NCBI GenBank assembly: GCA_023231475.1
Contig: JALJEE010002193.1
Coordinates: 1 to 48,966 of the forward strand
Direction: 5' to 3'
From: Seison nebaliae
Taxonomy: Eukaryota
DNA: 48,966 nt
Position 1 is the first letter of the stretch; every line of letters begins with the position of its first letter. Below the pieces are notes generated by a model. The model did no database searches and was not told the DNA's origin. It saw only the letters and a program-made list of their open reading frames with translations. The translations under genes were made by a program, and so were the position numbers. This document shows positions 22,385-35,772 of the stretch, piece after piece.

Positions 22385-25300
22385 CACTTCCCAATTTGTT
22401 AACGAGTCGAAGTAACACGTATATTAAACTTTAACTCCACAATCCAAAGCTCAAAATTCATTTGATTTCACTCTTCGAAATGATTCGAAAGAATTTTCCT
22501 AAACAAATGATTTCCCTTCTCAACAATCCCTTGGAGAGATGAAGATAATCTATAATAATCCATAATATATTCTCCATCTAACCTCAAATACTGATAAGAA
22601 TATTATCTTTTTCGTGGAAAGAAAGATCAGAATGATAATAACTGATTAATGATCAGTTAAACTTCTATCATTAGGTTTAAATGAACAATAAATACCCATG
22701 GCGTTACCATAGTCACATAATAAAAACGGACCAATTTAACAACATTTAGTTCTATATATTCATATTCACATACCGTGACAACTAAGAACTTGATAGATTA
22801 AAAATCTGAGATTACTCTCGTCTTCGCTACTGTTTGTAATGAGTTACTGTAATAATAAAAGTTAAACTTCCATATACCACTCTATTTTTTCGCAAATTTT
22901 CATCGTTTTTAGTAGGATAAAGAATATATGAAACTACAACCTTCACCTTTTTCGATAGAATAAGTTAAGTTTAGATCATTTTATCGTTGAAAAGTGATAA
23001 TTTTTTCCTCTCATTTCTAACTAAAAATTACATTAAATCGCTTAATAATATTTTAATTGTAGAATGTTTATTTAAATTTACGCAATTTGAGACTAAAAGA
23101 AAATTAAAAAGAAAAAATTCTAAAAATGATTTGATGACTAAAATTTATGATTTTATGAGAATAACGAATAACAGTAGTTCGATTGTGTGAAGATATTTAT
23201 AAAGGATAGATAAATATTAAAATATTTCTATTATATCAGGCAATTTCTCCAAAAATCGAGACGAATCCATTATGATTGGATTCGGAGAGATTATTTGTTA
23301 AAGGTAGATTCGATATAATTCTGTCATAGTTGCTCCATAGTTTGACGTTAGATCGACTGTTGATTATTGGAATATGGTTGATGGATTTATGATTATGTCT
23401 TATGTTATGAATATGATAATTTCACAATGGAAAATCTTCAAACAATCTTACTTTTTACTATAAATGTTAATAATAAAAATCATAAGAATAAATTATAAGT
23501 TGTTTGGGATTAGGTTAATTAGAATGAACTGAAAACTTTTCCATTATTATCCAATAATATTATAACAAATAGTCTTAAAAATACTCATCCGTAGGAATAT
23601 GCTTAATAATTTTAGAGAAGGACGTTTCAAATTTCAATGCAAAAAACTAGCACAGTTAATTAGGAAGCTATGGAGAATAGTTAAATGAAAACAAGTAAAA
23701 AAAATTGATCAGATATTGATAAAATATTCCAAAGAACATAATCATAAATAGAAGTGTAAATCATAGAAAGTGAAGAGAGTCTGAAGTGAATTTGGATTAA
23801 TTGTCTACTAGATTAAAAATAGATAAAAATAAGTGAAGCTTAATATTAAAATTTATTTTTAGTTTTAATATACAACCAAAATTCTCTAATATTACTAAAT
23901 TAATTAAAAGATATAAATGAAGAAAAGATAAATAATCTATTTTTTCCTTACAAAAATCGGGTACTGTTATATACAAATATAAAAAAATCAGAAAAAAATG
24001 GATACATGGACATCTTTTTCATTAACATGCTTACTTCACTTTATATAAATGCGTTGTGAATACATACAAATGAATGTTTCGAATATAGGACTGTATGAAA
24101 ATAATAATTATAACAACTAAATAAATATATCAATTTCTTTCGGTTTCTTTCTCTATTTCCTTTATTCATTCTCCCCTATTTATTCGCTTATTCGACACAT
24201 TGTATTGTTAACGTATTGGATGTTGTATATCTGTCTTTATTTCTTTATATGTCTCATCCCGAAAGTTGATGTATAGTTGAAGTGTAGATAAAAATTCTCT
24301 ATTGGAAACGGGAGAAATAAAATATATGATCGTCAAATGAAAACAAACAAATTACGTTTGGAAAATGAATTTTATGTACAGATTGATTTTCTTCACTTCT
24401 TTCTCCTCCCCAATATTCCTTTCTTCCTTTTCCCAGAAAGCACATTTCCATATCACATACACAAATCCCCACAGGTTCTCTTTGAAGATTAGTTGAGTCC
24501 TACTAAATTATTACATAAGCAAAAAAAAAGGTTTCCCCTACTGAAACTGTCATGTAGAGGAAAAATTTTTAATTAACAAGAGCCTCCTCTCTACACACAC
24601 ACACACAGAGAGGGCCCACTGTAGTTTATACAGAAATAATATGTCGTATACAGTGTACACAAATGTAGAGATACACATACACTTCAATATCGTGTAGACG
24701 GATGGGGAGGAGTGAGTTATGTGATAAGTTCGTCCATTTCTATAAGGGAAGACCGATTACATTGTTGGCTAAGCAGTTTGAATGAATAGCGGGTGTGTGT
24801 GTAGATTTATGTACCATGTTTCTTTCTCATTCATTTCATTCATTCCATCTATTTATTTATTCATTCAACCATATTTTCATTCAGATTGCCGTCTTATTCG
24901 TTCTATTATTTCCTTTATTTTCCCTTCGTCACCGTTAATTTTCCGCGGGTAATCGAGTGAGATTCCGTTCACTATAATAACTTACATATATTTTCCCAAT
25001 ACATGTTTGAATACTGAAAAAAAAAACAATTAATTTAGTTCTATAAAAGTCGCTCTACAAATATTCTTCCGCCTTTTCTTGACAATTCAACAAATTCGAT
25101 GATCTAATAACAGAAGTGGTTAACTTGTCATCTTGTTAAACATCATTATAAAGTAATTAAAATTAAAAAAGGAAAATTAATTTCCATTATCATTACGAAC
25201 GTCATTTTAAAAGAATTATCGAAGAGTGATTTCATTGGGAAAAGAATTTTTTGAAGAAAAAACTATTTTCCATTTTCACCTTTCACTCATTTGATAAAAG

Positions 25301-25910
25301 CAGAAATATGCGATTTTCTTCCTGTTCACTCTTCCGTCTCAAATTGCAGAATTCAAGCAACTTCCCATTCTTTCCTTGTCTATAAATTTTCTAATAATTT
25401 TTCAAAATTCTCAAATTTTTCCTTTTTTTAAACCTCTTAAATGTTTTTTCAATTTTGCCAAGTTTCCTAAATATTTCTTTTTCAACCTTTCTTACTATAG
25501 AAACTTTCTAAATTTAGCAAATATTTTCAAACCATTTAATTTTTCATTAAATTTTTTTTATACGATAAGATGGTAACGATAAGAAAATAGGTTCTTACCG
25601 TCTATTTGATTTTAGAGGAGAAATAAATGGAAATTCTCCTTTTCGTTTTTTATATATCGTTCACTTGTTAAGAAAAAGAGGAGGAATCAGGAAGAATTGA
25701 TGATATATTGATATATTTGGATAGAAGATAAATGCAGAATATGTTCAAAATAGTTGTGATATCGTTCTGTTTTTCACAAGAAACGAACGATAAATGTATT
25801 TGTAGAAATTTTGAATCTATTTCTTATCATTATCGTTTGAGCGTTTTGTTAGTCAATTAAATTTTACTTTTGTTCAGAGTAGACAGATCGAATCGGAGAC
25901 AAATCAGAAT

Positions 25911-28132
25911 ATGAATGAGATGTTACATGAATCTGGTTCGGAGGAGACGTTAAATCATTCATTTGATATGGCTGAATTTGCGATGAAGGAGCAGACGATG
26001 TGTTTTACTCGATTACAATCAGAATTATCATTCTTACCTGGTGAACATACTGTACATTCGACGAGAATTTTTAATGATGATATTCTGATTGTAACGAATT
26101 ATCGACTCTTCCTACTTCGATTCATGAAACGATATACGGGATATGTACAGTATGAAATAAAATATACACTCCCAATCAAAATGATTGAAACGATCGAACG
26201 TCATGAATTGACACAATTGCAAATAATTACGAAATTGACATTAATCGTTCGACTGACGTTCAATTCGAATGCAACATGTGAAGATTGTATGAAGAGGATT
26301 CAGAATAGTATTGCCACTAATTCCGACGAGTTTTATCATCCCGATAACGAGAAATTTTCGGTGAAATATAAAGAATATTTCCATAAATTGATCGGTGTCA
26401 ACGATTCGTATGTGGTGGAGAAGAGATTGCGAAAGACGAATCTGTTCAATTGGCAAAGTGAATTCGATCGGATGCAATTCCCAATCGATCAATGGAATGT
26501 GTCAAATGTGAATAAGAATTTCGATTTCTGTCAAACTTATCCGTCTCAATTGATTCTGCCGAAATCATTGAATGAGAAACAATTGAAACAGATCGCCTCA
26601 TTCCGAATGCAGAATCGTTTTCCTGTTGTTACTTGGCGTTCGGTGAAGAATAGTTCTGTCATTGTTCGTGCGGCACAACCGAGAGTAGGCGTCTTTTCTA
26701 CTCGATGTAAAGAAGACGAGAATCTGATAAAATTATTTGGAGAATTGGGACAAGTTGATGGATCGACGGGACGGAAAACATCATCAGTTCCTGATGATTT
26801 GAATGAAATCGGTTTAGTGAGAACTTCATCTCCTGATTTGGCTGCAACGACGGAAGATAGTCGTCTTCCAAATCTGGAGAATAGTAAAGGAAAAATGTTG
26901 AGGAATAAATCGACACATAAGAAAACTAATCGTCATCATAATGAAACTAATGATAATAATGAAGAGAGTAGTGTCTCTCTCGTCATTTGTGATGCGAGAT
27001 CGTATGTGGTAGCAATAACGAATCAGTTAGTAGCGGGAGGAGGATGTGAACATACGAAATATTATGGTCAATGTGAAACGATTTATATGAATTTAGATAA
27101 TTTGTACACGATCAGAAATGCATTTTCTGCTCTTCGTCAATTGTGTTGGAATTTAGAGAGTGAGAAAGGAAACGATATACAAAATAAATGGTTCAGCGAA
27201 TTAGAGAAGACGCAATGGTTATATGGAATTTGTGGATTGTTACATGCTGCTCAAAAATGTGTGAAATTGATCGAGAATGAGAATTTGTCAGTTCTCATTC
27301 ATTGTAGTGACGGATGGGATCGAACGCCTCAAATCACTTCATTAGCTCAAATTATGTTGGATGGATATTATCGGACATGGGAAGGATTTGTTCGTCTAAT
27401 CGAGAAAGAATGGATAGCATTCGGTCATCGATTCTCTGAACGATGTGGAACGACGAATTCATCTAGAAGATCACCAATTTTTGTCCAATGGTTGGATTGT
27501 GTTTATCAGATTATGATACAATTTCCATCAGCTTTCGAATTCCAACCGACAATTCTCCTCTCGTTAGCCATCAACGTTTACAGCGAAATTAGTGGGACGT
27601 TTCTGTTCGATAGTGAGAAGGAAAGAAAAGAAAGTGAAGAATCATCATTTTCTGTTTGGAATATCATCGATCGTCAATGGGAGCCAAATCCATCATATTT
27701 CCCTTCCAATACCACTCTTCACATCGACAGTAAATTATCAGCAGCGAAATTTTGGAATGAATTATATTTAACGAAAGTGTTCTCACCTCAAACGAAAGTT
27801 GATATTCCTGTACAAATCGATGAAGAGATCTGTTCCCATTGGTATGTAATGCCGAATAATGCCAGTTTATCTTGTTCATCATCCTCTTCCGCCTCCTCAC
27901 TCACTAGAAAGAGTTTAACATCATATCGTAATCATTCGAATAAAGATATGATGAAAAATCGAAGTCGAATAAAAAACGGTTGTATACCATCAACATATTC
28001 CTCCATCAGTGAGAGTCATGACATGCCGTTATCGCACGAGAGAACTTCCACCAATTTCATACCGGCTACATTCGATTCGGATAAAGAGAACGATATTTTC
28101 GATGATGATTCTCATTCGAATAATAATTTTAA

Positions 28133-28163
<31 letters not shown>

Positions 28164-29691
28164 CAATTATCGAATTTCGATTTGCAGGTGGCGAATTATC
28201 GTGGTCTAGATAGTAAAGAATTGATAAGGTTGGTGAAGGATAGTATGAAATTAGTGAATCGACAAATTATTAATAATTTATATAGTAAATTATCTAATGA
28301 TTTCTCTTATTTATCAAATGTGAATTATGGATCGGAATCATTTCTTTCCAATATATCATCGCCATCCTCTCAATCATCTTTTAATGAAGGCATTCTCCAT
28401 CGTTGCCTGGAGCAACAATGTAAGATTGACGATAATGACGAATCAGCAATTTCCACATCGAAACCATTTCATCGATCAAATATTCATTCTCATTATTCTA
28501 AATCATCAACGTCGAACGATCATCCGATTAAATTACGCGATTATCTCCAAGACGCGATGAAAGATCATTGTGATGATAATAAATCATCTCTCGTTTGTTC
28601 GCATTCCCAACGAGAGATATTGAGAAAGAATTTATTGACATCCACCGATGGTATTTTTCCTAATCGTCGTTTGTTCTCATGGCGTCATCGCAGTTATCAT
28701 CACATGGAGAATTGTATTGAGAGTTTGGATGCTAACGTTCTCCATATTATGGAGACGAGTCAAAATGAATTGTTGAAAGTGATCGATGAAAAACAACGAC
28801 ATTTGATGGAAGAGAAAAGGAAGAAACTGACGAAAGATATCACAGCAGCAATTGAAGAAACGTCCATGAAAGTGAGAAATGAGAAACGTTTAGTCTCTTC
28901 TTAATTTCTTCCATCATTTCTCTTAAAACATTTTCTTTCCTAAATATCTTCTTTTATCAATCTCCACTTTCTTTCCTCTTTTTTCTATATCTTTATTTCT
29001 CATCATTCGGTTATTTATTTTCCGTTGATTCTCATTTTACAACAGTAGAAATTTTACCTCAAATTCCTACTCATATACGACGTCTTTGTGATTTTTGTGG
29101 AATTGTGTCGATAATTCTTTATAAATTCTCTCTATTTATCTTCCCCTCTGGACAGGATCTGAATGTGACATGGAAACGAACAGTTCATTACCCATTATCC
29201 ATCTGATTTCTGATACGGTGAACAATTCTCCTAATCAAATTATCGATTCCATCAATCCGATGTCACAATCATATCCCGATTCTTCTTTCATCAATAATTG
29301 TCGATCATCGACAACGACGAAACCAATTCAATCTTCCTCATCATCATCTTCTCTATCTCAACAATCATCGACGCCAATATCATCACAGACATCGTCGTCA
29401 CCGTCAGCTGACGTTCTTCGAATGCTGTCACCTGTCAAATCGGTTCCGATACCAGTTGTGAAGAGTCCGGAGAAGAAATGGTCGTCAATGGAACCCAACG
29501 TATTCGATGACGATTTAGTGAATAAGAATCGTTTGTCCACCATCAACGGATCGGCACAAACGATGAAAACTTTATCAAATAATGAACTTTGTGTACGCTC
29601 AACATCGAAGTCGACTTGTTGCAACGAATGTCTTATCTTGTCCAAAGACAAGTGTACAGTTCAATGTAATCAATCAAAGATCTCCGCTTAA
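25911..29691 (+). CDS. Myotubularin-related phosphoinositide 3-phosphatase, MTMR3/MTMR4-like (~1170 aa)
   Basis: PH-GRAM-like N-terminus, CQTYP, DARSY...GGGCE..YY..CE, and intact catalytic HCSDGWDRT. The ORF at 29170 joins via a phase-1 intron 28888-29155 (GTTTAG...GACAG). An acceptor at 25877 may add an upstream exon. Confidence 0.92.
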
Positions 29692-32600
29692 TCCTGCTGG
29701 AATGGAAATGACGACGATGAATTCTTCTTTCAATCGTTAATTTAAACGTCTCTAAATTGCCATTCTCCTTTTTGAGAGGTTCAAATCGATGAAAGAATTA
29801 TTTGAACGTTGGACTAATTTTCAGCTCCCTCTCCTCTTCCTCCCTCCCCCAAAAAAACATATTTCTCTGAGTCATTCTGTTAATTTTATGATAATTAAAT
29901 TTCCAATCAATCGATACCGATAAATTCGATTGACTGGTTCTTTTTTTGACCAACTGAAGTTTATGAGGAAATATTTCTCTATTATTTTATCGTCTCTTTT
30001 CAACCGAAATCTGATGTTGATTCTTTTGATTTACACCGTTTTTTTTTAAACAACTTTCAAATATCCGAAATTCAAAAAGTTGATAAATTTCACAAATTCA
30101 CTTCTGACAACAAATATACAAGAGATGATTCTTATTTATTGATATTCTTCACAATATCTCTCCAATCTTCTTTCAAATATAAATAAATTCTATTTCTCCA
30201 TTCTCATTCTTTAATCGGACTTTCAAGTCTTATTTCATTTCATCATCATCAGAACCATCATCATAATGAGAAGAATATAAAGAATATATTTCCTTTTTCG
30301 TCCATTACATAAATTCTATTCATTATTCATTGCCCACTTTTTTTATAGTTTAGTTGAGTTATTCAATTAGTTTCGTTTCAAATAATCAATTTCTCTTCTT
30401 CTTTTTTAGGATTTCATTCAAGAATCAAAGAATGATGAAACGATATCTATTGGACATAATAATGTTAATTAATATTGGTCATTCACTCACCCACATCATG
30501 AATTATTAAATAATCAAATTAGTCCGAATATTAATTCATAAATTATATCAAACTCCTTTCACACAATCCATCATTCCTTCCTCTCATTTCTCGTTCCTAT
30601 TTCATGGATATATTTATTTCGTTCATTTTATTGATTAATTTATCTTCCTCTACTCAATTCTCCCATTATATTCAGCCTTCTCCTCTTCAACCACAATAAT
30701 CATAAGAATAAGAATTATCCTCGTTTTTTTCTTTGATATAATAAAAATATGAAGTATTTTTTTCAATTTTCTTCTGATTCATATAAAATTTTCAAGGAAT
30801 TCCTTCCAATGGTTTCCATGTACATTCTTCGTAATAATCGACTCTGTATGACATTTATACTTTCCAATTCGTCCATTTTGTCGAGGCACATTCAATTATA
30901 ATTAATTTGCAATTAGATATCGATCATATCATCTTAATCATTAATCAATTCTCATCAAAAAATTCTCAATATCAATAATTTGTCAACCGGTTTCTTTCTC
31001 AGGTCGTAGGTCTTTGCTCGCCCTATGTAAAATTTTCCAAAATAAACTAACAAAGTTTATTTCTTGAAAGAAAAGGTGATTTCTTCATCCTCCCAAAACG
31101 GAGACTTCGTCATACTATGAAAAATTCGATATGAAAAATTCTACGATCACTTTTTTCACTATGGAGAATCTTCATTGGAGATTTCCATACTTTAATTCTA
31201 ATTTTGTCTTCTAATTTCAAAATTAGTTTAAGTCTTTAATCTTGATTTACAATGTTATTTTATTCTCTTTTCAATTTATCCCACCGAAATTTTTCGTTCA
31301 ATAATCTTTTTTTTTAATTTTTGAAATAAATTTTACGCGACATAATAACAGCAAGCAAATCGTTATTTGATTGCTTATTTTTGAAAATTGTACATGTATA
31401 TAGTATGAATATGAAATTTCTTTCTCGAACTTTCTAATACGAATTGATTGATAGAACATCTAACTCAGGAGATGTGACAAGTCAGTTTAGTTGTAAGTAT
31501 AATATGGAGAATAGAGCGTGAGAAATGAGAAGTGTCGAATAAATTGATCAACCTTCATCCACATAATGTAGTGTTGAAACGACGAATTTAGTGGTCAATT
31601 TGATAACATCACATAAGATCAAGTAATTTGAGGATGTTGAAACGCGTCATCCGGATTCGAGTTAAGAAATCAATCGAATCTAGTTATCTATTCATCTCTC
31701 CCATCCATCTCGTTGATCTGTCCATCTATTTAATTACCTATCTATTTATCCATCTATCGAATTGGAGTAAATGATGATGAAGGTGATGATGATGATGATG
31801 GGGATAACGTAGATACGAGTAGGATACATTCATTTGACAAGAATGTATTATTAGGAAATTTTCAATTAATTTGAAGCAACAATGACCGAATGATCTTCAA
31901 TGACCATCAATATATTCATCCACTTTCCGACTGATGGTAATATTACGGCGATGGAAAAAAAAGAAGAGAAAAACTCTAACAACTATCGACGACGTCACTC
32001 GGGAAATGATTATCGTCATTTAAATATTTTATATCTATACTGTAGTTTGGGTGGATGGGTAGTTTTGGACGATCAGAACAGAAGGGGAAATAAAAGAAAA
32101 ATTTTAGTTTGATTGATAATTTATTTCCAATGATAGATACAGATTAGTAAATGAATCTTTCTAATTTTATTGATCGTCGCGAGGAGAGTAAAACTTTCTC
32201 TATAAATGTGGCGAGCGTTCACCTTCATTCAGAGTCGAATTAGCTTTATAGACTTTAATAGAATTCCTATGTTCGATTACGACAGATATATTTTGTTGTA
32301 CATCGACGGATCGTCGATCTTCCAGTTCTCATCCATATCTGCTACATCATATAAATGTGAGTGATATAATACATCAATTTCAACATTTTCTTTCTTTTCA
32401 TCCGAACATCTACTTAAAATATTTCATATTATTTCATCTGCTCTCCCACTCGCCCTCCCCATCACTAACTTCATTGTCCACTCCAATGTCTGTTGGAGAA
32501 AGCTCTTCAATTCTTATTTATTTTAACATTTCCGTTAGAACTTTTAAGAATTCATAATAATTTTTTTGTTTTCCTTCTTCTTTCTCAAAGACACCCGCCT

Positions 32601-34711
32601 CTTATTCTTCGACACAGACACATTGGGCATCGCCTCGATTTGTGGACAGTTTGTATATAAACTACATCTGAGCTACAGAACAATCCTCAACTAATTTTTT
32701 ATTCTTTTTCACAATTCCCAACCAATTTTCTTCATTTACGGACAATTCTCAACATACTGAAAATGACAATAATATATGTAATATAAACTGTTATTAATAA
32801 GTAACTTCATAACGTTAAGAAAACCATTTCAATTGAACTGCGAATTACCCAATAAAATTTATTTTATTAGAATGGAAAATTAAGATTATGTTATTTGAGT
32901 AACGAAATGAAATATATTTCGCTCAAATTTAAGTTTGAAAATATCCCGTATCGATTCGCATAAAAACAACAATTCTTATATCCAATTTTATTACCTATCA
33001 CTTCACCTTCCTTCATATTATCGGATAATCTATTTTCTTATGTTTTCCGAAACGAATAATTTAAAATTTTTCGAACTTGAAACATTTTATCGATGAATTT
33101 TCAAAAAGTTATTCTGTTTCAATAATACACTGAAATGTTAAACCGAAAAATGTATCAAACAAATATTTTTAATAGCTTTTTGATTGTTATTCCTAATTTC
33201 AAAACGAATGATTTATATTATTTGACATGGAATCATTATTCCAAAAAATTCTATAAATCTCATAAATTTACTACAAACATGTTTATCTGGTAATAATAGA
33301 ACAATTAAAAAAGAGAGTGAAGAATTGGCCTAATTACGAGTTGAGGAGTGTCCATTGAATAATTTCTTTATATTCCGTTATAATCTGTCCGATTACCATC
33401 GTCTCTCCACTTCAATCTATCCAAGGAATATTATGCGGAATATAATTATTCAAATTTCCTTCAACATTCTCGGACTACTTTCGCCTCTCATCGAGTCTAT
33501 TAAAATTTTTTATTTTTATCGCAATCAATTAATCACAATAAGAAAATTTTCGTAAATATCCCTCCTCTCATCCACATAAACAAGAGGTCGATTAAAAGAA
33601 AGTTTCTAGTTTTTATTTTTGTTAAAGTGTTTGAAAAAAACAACTTCTAACGTCATTTATCGAATATCGAAATAATAAATTGGATAATTGAATTTTTAAT
33701 GTGGGTGTAGTGAGATCAGTTCATATTATATAAACAATATGAACTGGACGACGAATGAGAAAAATGAAATTCATATTAAAGAATTTTGAAGAATTGCTTC
33801 AACGTTAAAGTGTTCTTACTGAAAAATTGAGGAATTAGATTGTTAAGAAATCGTGAAGCTATCTGATATATGTGTGAATGACATTAGTGTAAATTTGATG
33901 GATGTCATTTGGTGTAATGTCATATAATTATTTTTGATGTTTATTGAACTATTATTGAAGACACAAACTGAAGAACTCTTAAATAGTCAATGAGCGAACA
34001 GTTCAAGCGAAGTTGACTGTGTAAGAGAATTGAATAATTGGAAAGAATGCACAAGAAAAGAACAACATGGAATTTTTGGATAATGGTGTGGAGGATGTTC
34101 ATTTTATCTCCTTACATCCGTTTGAGTCCAGTTGACTTATTCATTTTTTGTTCGGGTCAACAATCGGAGAGGTAGTAATGTCGAAAGGAAAACAACATTT
34201 CGACATTTAGAAAATGGAGATCAGATTTAATTTTTAAATTGTTCCTCTTCTTCTGACCGAGATGAAAAATTTTCGATAAAGGAAATGTGACGAATCGCAT
34301 TTTTGACGTTTAATTTTTTTTAGATTACATTTTTTACGTAAAAGATCATTCTCCTATATTAGTTGTGTGAGTAGTTGTCGATTTGGAGAATTACATATTT
34401 CTTCAAATATTTTCCCAAATTCTAATGATGTTTATCTATTGAAAAGTTGAGGTCATACAGATGTAAACACTCCTTCACCTTTTCTCTCGATATCCTCATC
34501 AAAGTCATCAGTCGTCAGCATTAAACCATGGGAGGTATTAGGGTGTAATTAAAATTTAATTTTGATTATAAAACAAAATCAACAATTATTGGAGTAAATT
34601 TGAGTTCAATGTTAATTATTTTTAGAGTTGTCATATAAGAATTAAGTTTGTTCTAAACAATTTGATGAGAAACATTGACACAATTTCGAATTATCGTCAA
34701 CAACTTTATTT

Positions 34712-35772
34712 ATGATTTCTCCTACTTTTTTCTTTCGTATTAGACTAACAAAAAAAAATTTCAATTTTCCTATGCAAATCGCACGACATGAAATGATCTA
34801 TCCATCATCCCCATATTTTATGACGTTGTCGCCGCCATTTGTACATCGACGAACGGCATCTTATGCTCTACCATCTAAACTGTTTAACAACTTCCCAAGT
34901 TCATACCAACATTCGACGCATTTCCTCACTAATGCCAGTGACAGTAACTATAATAAGTTTCAGCCATTTGGCTCATACAATTCTTCACATCGTAATTTTA
35001 CTCGTTACAACAACACCAATAACAACATTCCCAAAGATAATTTTCGTCATTCACCAATTCATGACGATGTCCAAGAACAAACTTATGATCTCTCACAACT
35101 TCATTACCAACATCAACACCACCACCAACAACAACAACAACAACAACAACCACAACGTTTCAACACCACAATGTTGCCACAATTAAATTTACAGTCGCAA
35201 TTGTCTTCTGATGAATCTTCGCCATCCATCGAGACAGTTGTAGAACAATTCGATAAATATGCGAAAATTACAAAGAAGAATAATATTGATATTTATGAAA
35301 AATTATCTCGTAGTCATGGAGATAACGAACAGAACTTGTTATCATCCACATCCTCAACAATTTCGACGTCATCATTATCACCATCTCCGTCATTGTCATC
35401 ATCGTCCTCCTCATCGATTTCGACAGATTCTCAGAGTTCCGATGATGATTTGAGGAAACATCAGATATCCGATTGTGATGAATTAGTTCGATCGAAGAGA
35501 ATCATTAATGAGAATTTAACGAAAACGAGAAGACTTTTTAAAAAAAGCATTGATCCATTCGATCAGTCAAATGTTAATAATTTTCCTATTTTACACAACT
35601 CCAATAAACTTTCTTTTCTTCAAATTTTCAGATGAAAATGAATGATAAATTGAAGAGTATTTTGAAAGAATCGTCTGACGATTCCAATGAAGAGACGAAG
35701 AAAATCGTTCGTTTTAATTCGAACGTGACGGTTAGAAAAATCCGAACGTGTTTGAAATATTCAAAAAAGTAA
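34712..35772 (+). CDS. Low-complexity protein with C-terminal SILK and RVxF PP1-docking motifs (~313-333 aa)
   Basis: Exons 34712 (or 34772)-35572 and 35632-35772 (59-nt phase-0 GTT-AG intron). Last exon encodes MKMNDKLKSILKESSDDSNEETKKIVRFNSNVTVRKIRTCLKYSKK. Confidence 0.75.
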
